Source: Octopus vulgaris
Taxonomy: Eukaryota
DNA length: 64,000 nt
Assembly: GCA_951406725.2 (NCBI GenBank)
Contig: OX597814.1
Location: 203,112,001-203,176,000, forward strand
Direction: 5' to 3'
In this document: positions 1-12,905 of the stretch, piece after piece
Layout: each line of letters opens with the position of its first letter
How positions within the stretch are numbered: position 1 is the stretch's first letter
Notes under the pieces: model-generated
What the model saw: the letters and a program-made list of their open reading frames with translations, nothing else
The model's database searches: none
Told to the model about the DNA's origin: nothing
Program-made: the position numbers and the translations under genes

Positions 1-161
1 TGGGAATTTCAGGCATACTCACTTTTGCTATCTGAATGGACTGGAGAAATATAAAATGAAGTGTTTCGCTCAAGAACACAATGCATTGCCCAGTCCAGAA
101 ATCGAGACCACAATTTTATGATCAAAAGCCCAACACCTTAACCATTAAGCCATGCACCTCC
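1..161 (-). mobile_element. tRNA-derived SINE, head type D (truncated by the window edge)
   Basis: Reverse strand reads GGAGGTGCATGGCTTAATGGTTAAGG (A box-like) then TGTGTTCTTGAGCGAAACACTTCATTT, matching other copies in the window. Confidence 0.7.
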
Positions 162-865
162 TCTAAAATAATTTATTCTACTTTATAAACTCTTGTTCTT
201 AATATCTGCTGACTCAGACAATTTCTAATTTCCTCTGAATCTACCGTTTCACTTTGCTAGCCACACACATAGTGTAATGCCTTCAATGTCTCCAACAATC
301 TTTGATGTACCACTTGTAGCTTTCCCTGCTTTCATCTCTATAACTGCCTTGCTAATCACACTTGAAGCTAATCTCCAAAGCTGGTCTTTCTATCCCACTT
401 CATTGCTTTCTTCTTTTCACCGAGACCGAACAACAACACTTGCGTCTGTGTCACCTCATACATCACTTCTTCCCGAATGACATCCTTGTTCATACCTTCA
501 CACTGCCTTGTAATTTGCAATATCATTCTCTGTAGTATTCTCTAACCCTATTATTAAATCGGTGGTAATGCACTAACTGTGTCATCATCATTGTCATCAT
601 CATCATCATTTTCATCTTTTAATTCTCCTCGTTACGATAAGTAATTGCTGCATTATCAAAATAACACCTCAGCTGTATCCTACATCACAGTTTTTTTTTG
701 TTTCTTTTTATTTTCCTTCAATCTGATCAAATAATATTTTGATGTCGTATTTAATATACACTTTTTCCTCCCATCATGAGAATGAACTCCAGATGAACTA
801 AATATCATGATCTCTATGTAAGAAGTCAGTGCTTGAAACACTTGGACAGTATTTCATCTCATTGT

Positions 866-870
<5 letters not shown>

Positions 871-956
<86 letters not shown>
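871..956. repeat. (CT)n microsatellite
   Basis: Perfect dinucleotide run. Confidence 0.99.
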
Positions 957-960
<4 letters not shown>

Positions 961-1611
961 TTCTTTCAGGATTCCCTAATTATTTCTCTTACTTTTAAAT
1001 TATTGAATCTTTTCATAATTGAGCTTATCGCATTCTTATGAAATGATTTGATTTATTTATTGACTACTACTACTACTATTTCTACTACAACTACTGCTAC
1101 TGCTAATGTTTCTAAACACCATTATTCACTTTTTTCAAAGAACAAAAAATACAAAATACTTATTCTTTCAGCAAAACAAAGAAGCTTGATGTCCATTAAT
1201 TTCTGAAATTACTATCACATCACAGTGTCTGAAATGATTGCCTCTCTCTCTCTCTCTCTTTCTTTCTCGCTATATATATATTATATATATATATATAGAC
1301 AGAGAGAGGGGTTTATATAGGTTTTTATGGGCAATATTTTAGTTATGAAAAATTTTAGTTTATAGTTCAAAAGTAAATGATAAGTGAACTTTATGAAATT
1401 TCTTTCATGTCCATGTATGATGTGGGGGGGGGGGCGTGCACAGATAATGGTTATGGAATGAGTATGCTAGGTTATTGACCATAATTGCTTATTTTCTGTG
1501 TGTTTTACTTTGAGTTAATAAATAAGAATGATTTGATCTAAAATAAATGTGCTGTTTTAATTTGATTAATTATGTCATTTTGTCCCTTTTTCTACTTTTC
1601 CTTTTCGTTAG

Positions 1612-1710
1612 GGTGCATTGAAGGTTATTCGCAATCTCGACGAGATTGATAGTCCTGAAGACCATGTCCTTGTTATAAATGTGAGGTGTGGGAATAGCAT
1701 TACTATCGTG
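1612..1710 (+). CDS. Cadherin-superfamily gene, internal exon A (99 nt, phase 0/0): GALKVIRNLDEIDSPEDHVLVINVRCGNSITIV
   Basis: Polypyrimidine tract plus TTAG acceptor ending at 1611; GTAAGT donor at 1711; open frame; G-x-L-x-V-x-x-x-LD cadherin E-strand pattern; splices in frame to exon B. Confidence 0.8.
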
Positions 1711-2215
1711 GTAAGTATACCAACATTACCATTTTCCAAACTACCTGGTACATTATCTATCAATCTCAGAACGGTGAAAGTTTAACCCAACAAGATTTGA
1801 TCCCAGAACACAGAGAACTGGAGCAAATACTGCCAAGCATTTTATCCAATGTCCCAAAAATTTCTACCATTCTCTGCTGCTATAAATTTTTGTCAAGATC
1901 TATTTGCTATAACTGCTATAGCAAGCATTTAAAAGTATATATTCTTGATTTGTTTTCAGTATAAATTTATAAAATACACTGAATTAATTTTATTTTATTT
2001 AATTTATGGTAGTTCATAGATATTGTCATCTTCATTGCTATCACATATAATTTTAGTATGAAAATCCACATTGCTCCAGTCCACTCAGCTGTGAATGGGT
2101 GAGTCTTCACTGATCTGGTTCTGTTTAAGGGGACTGTTGTGACCTCGGTCACTTACATGCTTTTCAAATTGGGTTACCAGCCCACTGAGTCCTTGGACTT
2201 GAAATAGTGTCCAAC

Positions 2216-3335
2216 ACTGGGGTCTGTGGAAAGCTGCTGCAATGGATAAAGTGTTTCCTGATGAACAGAACCCAACATGTTGTGGTTGAGGGAGTCTGAT
2301 CAAGTCCATCCACAGTCAGTAGTGGTGTCCCACAAAGTACTGTGTTGGGCCCACTCTTCATTATCTACATCAGTGACACAGACATCATCAAACACTGTAC
2401 ACTGAAAATGTTTGTAGATGATTCCAAGCTCCAGAAGGCCAGAAATGGTATGGGAAACCAACATGCTTTCAGTCGGATCTGTTTGCTGTTGTCCAATAAA
2501 GACAAGTTCAATTTGATCCAATTTGGAAAAGAGGATGCTCTGAAACTACCATGTGCCCTTCCTTCAAGTGACTCCCTGGTGTCAACCAACAATACCAGAG
2601 ACCTTGGAGTAATTGTTGATAACAATCTAAGCTGGAGTTCCCATGCAAACAGTAAGGTTGACTTGGCCTGCAAGATGTGCTCCTGGATTCTGAGAAATTT
2701 CTGGTCTGGAGATGCTCACACCATCATCCTTCTCTGCTCTATTTTTGCTTGACCTCACCTTGAATACTGTTGCCCACTGTGGTTTCCCCACACAATGCAA
2801 AGCATTATGAAAGTGGAAGCATTCCAGAGGTCAATAACAAGAAAGATAGATGGTATGACAGGCATTGACTACTGGGGTCGACTAAAAAGACTCAATCTCT
2901 ACTCTTTCCAATGCCGCCATGAGCATGTGTATGATGTGGAAAATATTCCATCAATATTGCACAAACGATGTTGGCATCAGTTTTAAAATCCACCCATGCT
3001 ATCTACCCACTACAAAAATCAAACTCAAGACACATAACAACATAGTGACACAACTACTTTACCTCAACCAGTCCAGTTCTCTTTAATATTATACCAAAAA
3101 CATCAAAATGTAAAACTGATCCCGTAAAATTCAAAAGTTCTCTGGACAAATTTCTCAAAAAAAATCCCTGACCAACCTCCTACACCTGGATATGTCTCCA
3201 ACAATAAGTTTTTGCTAGTTTTGGTGTCCCATATATGACTGAGGTGTGAATCATGATCTAAAAGACTTCACCAGGTGGTGCTATTAAGTTAGACATAGCC
3301 TGGGCCTCTATACTGGCCGAAACCTATCTAAGTTA
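2216..3335 (+). mobile_element. CR1-clade LINE, 5'-truncated, decayed RT and 3' end
   Basis: Translates to VSSGVPQSTVLGPLFIIYISD...KMFVDDSKL (RT, YADD-like), DLGVIVDNNLSWSSH, PHLEYCCPLWFPH and KVEAFQRSITRKI; frameshifts and stops present. Confidence 0.9.
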
Positions 3336-3537
3336 TATCTTAGAACCAGCTGTTAAATGCTTACAATATATTTGGGGATGAAGTTACTTAATTGTAACAG
3401 CTTCCATTGTCTACTTTCCCCATTGCCTAGGTTATGGACGAAGTATGTTGAAATATAAATGAATAAAGAGTGAGATATTGACAAAGGATACAATTGAAAC
3501 ATTAATTGTAGGTCTGTGCACTCTCTGAAAACATTAG

Positions 3538-4055
3538 TCATCATCATCTTCATCATTTAACATCCGCTTTCCATGCTAGCATGGGTTGGACAATTGATTG
3601 AGAGCTGGCAAACCAGATAGCTGCACCAGGCTCCAATCTTGATCTGGCAGAGTTTCTACAGCTGGATGCCCTTCCTAATGCCAACCACTCTGAGAGTGTA
3701 GTGGGTGTTTTTTACATGTCACCGGCACGGGGCCAGTCAAGCGGTACTGGCAACGACCTCGCTCGAATCTTTTTACACATGCTACCGGCACAGGTGCCAG
3801 TAAGGCGACGCTGGTAACGATCACGCCAGTTGGCCACTCTGACAACGATCATGCTCGGATGGTGCTCTTAGCGCCCTACTAGCACAGGCACAAGTGCCAG
3901 TAAGACGATGCTGGTAACGATCATACTTGAATGGTGCCTTTTATCTTCCACTGGCATGGAAGCTGGTTAGCTGCTCTGTCAACGATCACACTCGTATGGT
4001 GCTCTTTGCACCCTGCTAGCACAGATGCCAGTCATCGAATTTGATTTTGATTTGT
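3538..4055 (-). mobile_element. RTE LINE 3' UTR remnant with internal ~60-66 bp tandem units and (GAT)n tail
   Basis: Reverse complement of the GGCATTAGGAAGGGCATCCAGCTGTAGAAAC...GATGATGA tail that is attached to an RTE ORF end at 37441-37907. Confidence 0.8.
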
Positions 4056-4926
4056 TTGAAAAAGTTATGATGGCTGAAATATATAGCTGGCTTTTTGAAA
4101 ACATGTTGTTGAAAGTAAGTTTATGAAGTAAATTGTCTTTAGATATTATACATGTACAATTGGCAAACCAAGCCCTGGACAGAGGGAGGGCATCTGGTTG
4201 ATGGCTGATGATGTACAATTATTAAACAATAACACAAGAACAATTTTGAACATGACTACAGTTAGTCTTCTGTCACATCAAGTTTTTTTTTTCTCTACAG
4301 CCTTCTCTCTGAATAATCACAATTGCATTGTTTGTCAGTACGTGATAGGGCTGGTCTGCTGCTTTCATTATTTTATTAATAATTATCAATAATTATAGAT
4401 GACAATTATAATTATACTATCAAAGCCAGGTTTGGATATGATATAAACTTCCCCTTAAGTAGTATTTCCTCGATATACATAAGTCACATACGCTCAGTGT
4501 TTTCTAGAGATAATGGAATATTGTGGGTATAAAGTTCTATTGTGAACATAAAGTTAGTTGTAATTCAATTGACATAATAGTAAATGGCGGATTTCATGTG
4601 ATTATTTGAACATATAATTTTAAAACTATTCTATTATGAAATAAATAAATAAATAAATAGTAAAAAGTATAAGTAAAATTACCTTCAGGTTTCATATAAT
4701 GGAATTATTAACTGTAAAGAAATTCTCTATTAAAAGACTGTAATTTGATATTTTCATATCTTTTTTATCGGGTTTTTGACTAAAAATGGTTATAGCAATG
4801 AAAAGTATTCAGTCTAAAATAATCAAAAGAAAATTTAGAGTTGTTGGGTCTCAACCACTGCTGACACTTTTATATCTTATTTCGCTTTTCCTTTTCCTTT
4901 TTCCCCCACCTCTAATATATTTTAGG

Positions 4927-5165
4927 GTGAAGGTGAATGACTTAGGGGTTTAGAGTGTTTGCACTTGCAATCAAAAGATTATGGTATTGATTCCTGGACT
5001 GGGGCTGTGTGTTGTGTTCTTGAACAAAATGCTTCATTTCAGGACACTTAGCTGTTAATAGGTAACCCTGCAATGGACAGGTAATGTTTTGGCCTTGGTC
5101 ACTTACATGCCATTGAAAGTGGGTAACTACCCCAATCAGTCCTTGGACTTGTGACAGTACTTACA
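4927..5165 (+). mobile_element. Diverged tRNA-derived SINE (head D), related to the copy at ~2063-2215
   Basis: TGTGTTCTTGAACAAAATGCTTCATTTC core; shares the GGTCACTTACATGC...AGTCCTTGGACTTG tail with 2146-2201. Confidence 0.6.
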
Positions 5166-7879
5166 TTAATATATTTTGGGACCAACTGTTGATAATTTTT
5201 TACCATATTTTGTGGATGAAGTTACTTAATTGTAACAGCTTCCATCATCTACTTCTTCCTCATGTATTTAAGACTGTTAAATATGAAACAAACAATTCTC
5301 TTATATATATGATCCTTGACATGCCACTTACTTTAAAATTCCTTAATCTAAAAACACCTAAATGATTCATCAAGCACTTAAATACTTGACCTGTTAGAAA
5401 TAGCAACCAAATCTCCCTTAAATTACATCTTTACTGTCTTTAAAATGGCAGGGTGCCTCTTATAATGTAATTTTAAACAGCAAGGCCTAAGATAAGAACA
5501 GGTTGGAACTGTTCCGAGGGATAAACAACCACCATCCAATGAGAGGCCTTTATCCACGTATTCTACTAAAAACAATACAGCCAAATCACTCTCCACCATC
5601 CTAAAAATGGAAAAAACACATTGGATAACCTTATCCTTGATTCACTCCACCTGATAACCAACTACTTAGGTCACAGCTCATGCCAGAGATCAATTCAACC
5701 AGAGCTGATCAGGAACTGGACAACTACAAAAATCAGATGTACAGCTACAATTGAAACAAAATGAAAAATCTACCTCCAACAGTCGTAAGAGTTGAAAAGA
5801 CAAGAACATGTGCTGATAAACTGAAATGATTATTTGTTGAGACAAAGGAATTATCATTTAATGTCAACTTTTCCTTGTGTGGCACCCAGGATGCCATACA
5901 ATGGAACTGGATCCCAAGATCACATGGTTGGGAAGCAAGCTTCATAACTACGTAGTTATGGAGATGGTATTTGCTATTAAACTCTACACATCCTGTTTGA
6001 AAATTTCTAAGTCCTTTAATGATGGAGCAGAAAATATCTCAAAATGGGTTTGATGATGCAAACAGATAAAATAGAACTCAAAACTGCCACACAGTGGGAC
6101 TGAACTCAGAACCATGTGGTTGGGAAGCAACACAGCCATGCCAGAGCACAGAGCTAGTTTAGGTATTTTATGGATGACCAGTAGTTGCCCATACAGAAAA
6201 GCTACCCCTCTCGTTGTTACCAATGTTGTCCAAGGATGATACTGCTTGGCACCAGTGTTATCACAGACAAACTCAAATGCAAAAACCTAGAACAAATACT
6301 GCAGGGCATTCTGTTTTATACACTTAACAATTTCACAGGTCCAAAACCCTGGACTTGTTTTTTTTTTACTTGAAAGGACAAAAGACAATATTGACTTCAG
6401 TAGGATTTGAACTCAGAACATAAACAGCCTCAACAAATGTATTTGGGTATTTTGTCCAGTGTTCTCATGGTTCTGCCAACCCACCAGCTTCACTGACATT
6501 ACCATAATATTCAGCTTAATAATGGAATATTTTAATTGTTGACATACAATAAAGATCATGCTATTTGATGTGGTGAATAATTAAGGAAGGCAGCAGTGGA
6601 AGGAGGGAGATAAAAGAACGAAACTATTTCATCAGTTGTAACCTATGTCACTCGAATTTACATTATATAATAATTATATTTAAGATCAAAGGAAATTAGA
6701 AATAGATTGGATTTTTCTAATTACATCTTAAAACAGTCATGTTTTCTTTATATCAACAAACTGAAATCTAATATAATTAACAAATAATCCAAATACATTA
6801 ATTTGGAGTCTGTACAACATCATAATAATTTCTAACATTGGTACAGTATCATAAATTGCAGTGGGTGGGGGTATGTGTATACTTCGTTAGATTGATCCCT
6901 AATAGTTGACTGATATTTATTCTGTCAAATTTATTCTGTCAACTCTGAAAGATGAAAGGCAAGGTGAACTTGGGCAGAATTTAAACTCAGTACGTAAAGG
7001 GACCTGGCTAAACTCTGCAAAACATTTTGTTTTATGCCTTACCAATTCTACCAGTCACTTCCCTTCTAAATGTCATGATATTGCTTCTTGTGTAAGTGAA
7101 TCTATGGGTTTGCTGTGTAATTATGGTCAAAAAGAAAGTTAGGCCCTCATGCAGATGCAGCAGTCACCAGACAGCTCAGATCAACCCTAGCAGAGAGCAC
7201 CATGAACTCCCACCAAAAACATTTGGAAGCTTAACGCTTCTAAAAGTTTGTTGGCACCATGTGCAGGCAAGCTGAAGTAGAACTTGTGAGACATGTACGG
7301 TTTAGGTAAACGCACTTCTGGATGTTATTGTAGCTCTTAACATTTTTCCCCATTTCTCACTGTTACAAATGTATTTCACTGTTCCATGCCTATAAAAAAA
7401 TATGTATAAGCAGAGAGACTCCAAAAGAAAATTGAAATCTTGGAGAGTAATTGAAGCTAGGAACTTGATATATTTCTAAAGGTATTGTATAAATAGTCAA
7501 CAGGAAATGCTAAAAGCAAACCGTCATGAACTCTACTAAATAAGCAATACAATTAGAAGTAGATACACAAGAAGCCTAGCGTGATACCTGGTATCTGATG
7601 TTGTATTCTGTATGCCATATATAACTGGTTCAGCTAATTCTAGCATACAAGAAATACAATGACTGTTTACTAACCTGAAGCTAGTTTACATATAAATGAT
7701 ATGTAGACTTTGGAGGACTTTCCTCTTTGTAACCATCCCATCTTTTGGTGGAATATTTCTAATAGGCTGGGCGTGTACAAAACCTGGATGCAAAAGACAA
7801 AGTTCTCTTTTATTTTTTATGTACCAGTAAAACAGACCTGTAGCAGTCTAACTGTTATAGTAATTCAATCTGAAATCTG

Positions 7880-8183
7880 TGGAGGCACATGGCCTAGTGG
7901 TTAGAGCAGTGGACTCACAGTCAAAGGATCGTGGGTTCGAATCTCAGACCGGGCGATGTGTGTGTTCATGAGCGAAGCACCTAAGCTCCACGCGGCTCTG
8001 GCAGAAGGTAATGGCGAACTTTTGCTGACTCTTTTGCCACAACTTTCTCTCACTATTTCCTCCTGCATCTTGCAGCTCACCTGCGACGGACCGGCATCCC
8101 ATCCAGGTGGGGAACCTATATGCTAAGGAAACTGGGAAACTGGCCCTTATGAGCCAGGTATGGCTCGAGAAGGAAGAAACAAT
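7880..8183 (+). mobile_element. tRNA-derived SINE, head C + tail 4, with TSD
   Basis: TGGCCTAGTGG A box and GGTTCGAATCT B box; flanked by CAATCTGAAATCTG direct repeats; closely related copy on the - strand at 36914-37204. Confidence 0.9.
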
Positions 8184-8969
8184 CTGAAATCTGCCAAGGA
8201 AAGTGATAAACAGGGGTGGGGTGGGACCTTAAGTCCATTTATGTAGCATGTGCTTGGCTCAGACGCACTGTTTTCATATTTCCAATAAACCTGTAGAAAA
8301 TGATGAACAGCTAAAGCTTCACCTACACCTTTCTATATTGCTGGGAGGAGTCACTACACCCTTCTATATTGCTAAGAGAGTGTAACTGTTGAATCTGAAA
8401 ACTAAAAACAGTTGTGAAAACTGAACAAGTATTCAAAAAATGTCCCTGACAAAGGACTGACAGAAACATAACGATATGTAAGTGCAAGATGCAAATGAGG
8501 CCTGTGTAATGTGTACACATGATGCAAATGAATCTGCATCACATGTATGCTTTGATTCCAGTCAGCTTGTAGAGGGTGAATAAGAAAGGTATTAGAATGC
8601 GTCTATGTAAACATGTTTGTATTCTCATCTACCACATTTTCTCTGCTAAAACTAACCAATTTGTAAAGCAAAATAATTTGTTAGAGAGTTCAGTTCTGTG
8701 AACTGCAGTTATGCAACATAAGGAGTTGCTAAGTGTTAAGCTTACATATATTCTTGGTGTGAGTTCATGGTGCTCCCTGCTAGAGTTGATCTGGGTTGCC
8801 TGGTGACTGCTGCATCTGTGTTGGTACTTCATGGCTGATCTACTGCCCTTACCTTTGGATCTGCACTTGTAAGATATAACGTGTCCCAAGGGGTGACAAT
8901 TTCAAAGAAGCTATATCTAGCCAAGTGATAAGTCTGAGTGTTAATGAACATTTAATCTATAATTGTAAA

Positions 8970-9233
8970 TGTAGTGTGATGGAGGAAAAAAGGACAACAG
9001 AAAAAGAAGCAACAGGAGAAAGAAATACAAAATCAGCGGTCACTCTCACAAATTCAACACGTCTTGTTGCTCTGCGCTCTTTGCTGGAACTTACCACACG
9101 TGCTTCCTGACCACACATGCCCCTTTCACTCTTCTGCCAGCCCCTGCAAGCCTTACTTCCGTCCACCTCATCTGTCATCCTCTCCACCAGCACCACATAG
9201 CTCATCACAGCCCATAACACTGCTAACACCACA
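8970..9233. mobile_element. Solo LTR (264 bp)
   Basis: TGTAGTGT...ACACCACA inverted termini flanked by an exact 5-bp GTAAA duplication (8965-8969, 9234-9238). Confidence 0.7.
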
Positions 9234-9883
9234 GTAAATCCAATAAAGTATATTTTGTTGGTCTCATGATTATGGATTAAATGTTTGTGTGTGTGCATTT
9301 GTGTATATATTTTTCATCATCATTTGACATCATTTGACATCCATTTTGGACAGTTTGACAGGAGCCAGCAAGCCAGAGAGCTACACCAGGCTCCATTTGT
9401 CTGTTTTGGCATGGTTTGATATGGCTGGATTCTCCTCCTTATACCAACCACTTTTCACAGTGTACTGGGTGCTTTATATGTGGCAGCAGCATGGATGCTT
9501 TTTACATCCACGCTGCTGCCGCATATAAAAAGCACACATACATGGCACCATGTAAAAAGCACTAGTGCAGGTGCTTTTTACATTGTGCCACATGTGTGTG
9601 TGTGTGTGTGTAACATGTATTTAGTCAAACCCATGTGATTATGGAAAAACTGAATGTAAAAATAATGGTGACGATGTATGTTTGTATATCTGTGGTGGGT
9701 GCAGGAATACATGTATATATATATATATATAACCAGTACAGATATCTATTTTTAGGGGGTTCTTAAAAATAAAGTGTATTTACTTTTATTGTAGGAAATT
9801 GACTTAGTTTTGAAGTTTCAGGTAATGGCATTTAATAGTTAGTGAGATTAACATTGATAGAACTTTGTTATAAAATAGACAGG

Positions 9884-10428
9884 TACGTGTACATGCATGC
9901 ATGCATACATACAGACATACATACATACATACATACATAAATACATAAATACATACAAACATGCATACATATATACATACAAACATACATACAAACATAC
10001 ATACATACTTATATACATACATACATACATACAAACATGCATACATATATACATACAAACATACATACAAACATACATACATACTTATATACATACATAC
10101 ATACAAACATGCATACATATATACATACATACATGTATACATACATACGTACGTACATACATATGTGCATACATACATACATACATACATACATACAAAC
10201 ATGCATACATATATACATGCATGCATGCATACATACATACATATGTACATGCATACGTGCATACATGCATATGTGCATACATACATACATACAAACATAC
10301 ATACATACATGCATACATACAAACATACATGCATACATATATACATACATACATGCATACAAACATACATATATACATACATACATGTGTGTATATGTAT
10401 ATACCCACTCATGCGCACACACACACAG
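9884..10428. repeat. Compound (CATA)n/(TATG)n satellite with longer repeated sub-blocks
   Basis: Tetranucleotide-based array; source of the MYVC/HTYI pseudo-ORFs in all frames. Confidence 0.97.
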
Positions 10429-11437
10429 AGTGAATCTCTAGCATAACTAATACACAAATTCATCTCTTTGCCTTTGACATTTTATTTTCAGTAAAAAAAT
10501 TTCTAATTGCAGTGAAAGTTCACTTGTCTCTCTTTAGTTATTTTCTTATTCGGATTTTCCTTTTAACTTGTTTATCTCTTAACTTTCTTATTTAAGAAAC
10601 TTTCAGTTTTATCCGTCGTCTGTCAAAATATTTGATAGATGACATAGATTCATTTCCATTTCTTCTTAATCACTTGTCATAATATTTAATCTTTAGATTT
10701 GTTTCAAGTCAATTTTAACTTAATCTTTTTATTGTTCTACTTTTTTCTTTTTAATTTTTTTTTTCTCGTCTTCGTTGTATTTGCATTAATTTTTCGGGTG
10801 TTTTGCTGCTGCTATTAAGTATTTGTCATTTAGTTACTTCAAGCATGATAATTCCTTTATGATAAACTCTATTTAATTTACAAGTCTGTGTGTCAGCCTA
10901 TTTTTTCTTTCTTTCTCTGTAAATCTAATTTGTACGCAATGAGATAATTATTATTTGGTTTTCAATCTGCACTCTACTTTTCCTGAAAGTTCTCTAAGAA
11001 TTTGTTGAAACTTTCTGTATTTTCCTAAATCAGACTTTACCATGATAAAATACTTGAGGTTCAAATTTAGATTTTATTCAAATTAATGTTTAAAATACAT
11101 AAAAAAAATTTTTTTTCCATTATTAAATGGTTTCATCATCAAATATATACAATGATTCATATGTTACGTTTAATGGAGAACATAATACAAATTTAACTCT
11201 AATTTAAAATCTAAGAGCTGCAGCTAAACACGCCATTTGGTCTGAGGTGAACAACCCATTATCCTCTCACATCATTTTCCGTTGTTTAATGAGATAGTTT
11301 TTTTGATTTTTATACTGTTAATGTTTTATCTTTTCTTTACTTCCTGTGAAAATATGTTTATAAAACATTAAATTTTCTGGAAAATAATTTTACATTAAAA
11401 TATTTATTTATTTATCTTTGTTTATCTTTTTTTTAAA

Positions 11438-11675
11438 AGCACCATTTGAGTGTGGCCGTTGCCAGTACAACCTGACTGGCCCTCGTGTTGGTGGCATGTA
11501 AAAGCACCCACTACACTCTCGGAGTGGTTGGCATTAGGAAGGGCATCCAGCTGTAGAAACTCTGCCTGATCAGATTGGAACCTGGTGCAGCCATCTGGTT
11601 CACCAGACTTCAGTCAAATCGTGCAACCCATGCTAGCATGGAAAGCAGGCGTTAAACGATGATGATGATGATGAT
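11438..11675 (+). mobile_element. RTE LINE 3' tail copy
   Basis: AAAGCACCCACTACACTCTCGGAGTGGTTGGCATTAGGAAGGGCATCCAGCTGTAG...(GAT)n. Similar copies at ~9315-9590(-), 13420-13638, 15600-15810, 18117-18480(-), 21018-21373, 27575-28233, 40200-40403, 44553-44700, 51806-52050(-), 53548-53872, 54385-54550 and 57245-57460(-). Confidence 0.85.
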
Positions 11676-11861
11676 CTTTGTATTTTTAAATCTGTCACTT
11701 CATAACCATGTAGTGCCTGGTTCAATGTCATTGTGTGGCAGCTTGTGCATCTTCAGAATGAGACAATTCTGTGTAGCTGTTCGGATACAGATGATTTGGC
11801 ACAGCTAACTGGACATCCAGCCTGTTTGGGCAGCAATAGTAAATTTTGGTGTTGGAGGCAA

Positions 11862-12185
11862 ACTGGTACTCTGTTGGTTACATTGATGAGGGTTCCGGTT
11901 GATCTGGTCAACAGAACAGCCTGCTTGTGAAATTAATGTGCAAGTGGCTGAGCACTCCATAGACATGTGTACCCTTAACATAGCTCTCAGAGAGATTCAA
12001 GCATGATACAGAATGTGACGAGGCCGGCCCTTTGAAATGCAGGTGCCACTCAATTTTTGTCAGTTCAGTGGACTGGAGCAATGTGAAATGAAGCGTCTTG
12101 CTCAAGGACACAACACACTGCCAAACCTATGATTTTACGATCATGTGCTGAATATCCCTAACCACTGAGCCATGTGCCTTCACTG
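11862..12185 (-). mobile_element. tRNA-derived SINE, head D + tail 1
   Basis: Head TGGCTCAGTGGTTAGGG, core TGTCCTTGAGCAAGAC, tail AAGGGTACACATGTCTATGGAGTGCTCAGCCACTTGC; further copies at 34418-34715(-) and 50584-50840(-). Confidence 0.85.
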
Positions 12186-12263
12186 GAGGTGAACACACAT
12201 GGAGAGAGAGAGAGAGAGAGAGAGAGATTACAAATTATTAACTGAACTCAACTGATATAAATA

Positions 12264-12905
12264 TTGGGTCATCCCATAAATAATGTGATTTTTTTTATAC
12301 TTCTTTTATTTTTCAAACTAAAGATAAACAAAGTTCTTTTTTAATCTAAAATATACTCTCCTTCATTTTCTACAATGCTCTTCCATCTATCTGGTAAACT
12401 TGCAAGGCCCCTCTTCCAAAATTCACTTGACATTGATGAAAACTATTCCTCCAGTACTGTTCTGACCTCGTCTACAGAATTCATATTTTTTCTGTCCAAA
12501 TGATTTTGAAGACTGCAAAATAAATGATAATCAGATGGGGCAATGTCCAATGAATATGGTGGGTGGAGTATCGTTTCCCATTCCAACTGCTCCAGCCTTT
12601 GGAATGTCATCTTTGCTGTATGTAACCGAGCATTATCATAATGAAAGAACATCTTTTGTCTTGAAACCAAAGATGGTCGTTTTCCTTTTAGTGCAGGTGT
12701 CGAATGGTTGAATGACCAAATCCAAGCTTCTCTGCTAATTCTTCAACAGCTATGATGGGATGTTGTTCTACCAGGGTTTGCAAGATGTCCTTGTCGAGCT
12801 CTGCAGATCTTCCAGGAAGAGACACATCTTCTAGGCTGTAGTTTCTGGCTCAAAATTTCTTACGCTTATTGTCTGATCCCCATAACTGCATTGATATTCC
12901 TCTCA
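12264..12905 (-). mobile_element. Internally deleted mariner (DD34D) transposon relic
   Basis: Catalytic C-terminus HYDNARLHT...HPPYSLDIAPSDYHLF joined to an N-terminal HTH fragment (VEELAEKLGFGHSTI); TA followed by the terminus TTGGGTCATCCCATAAATAATG at 12264. Confidence 0.9.

Noticed and set aside
9804-10463. Long ORFs (up to 219 aa) of MYVC/HTYI repeats
   Set aside because: Translations of a (CATA)n satellite that is open in most frames.
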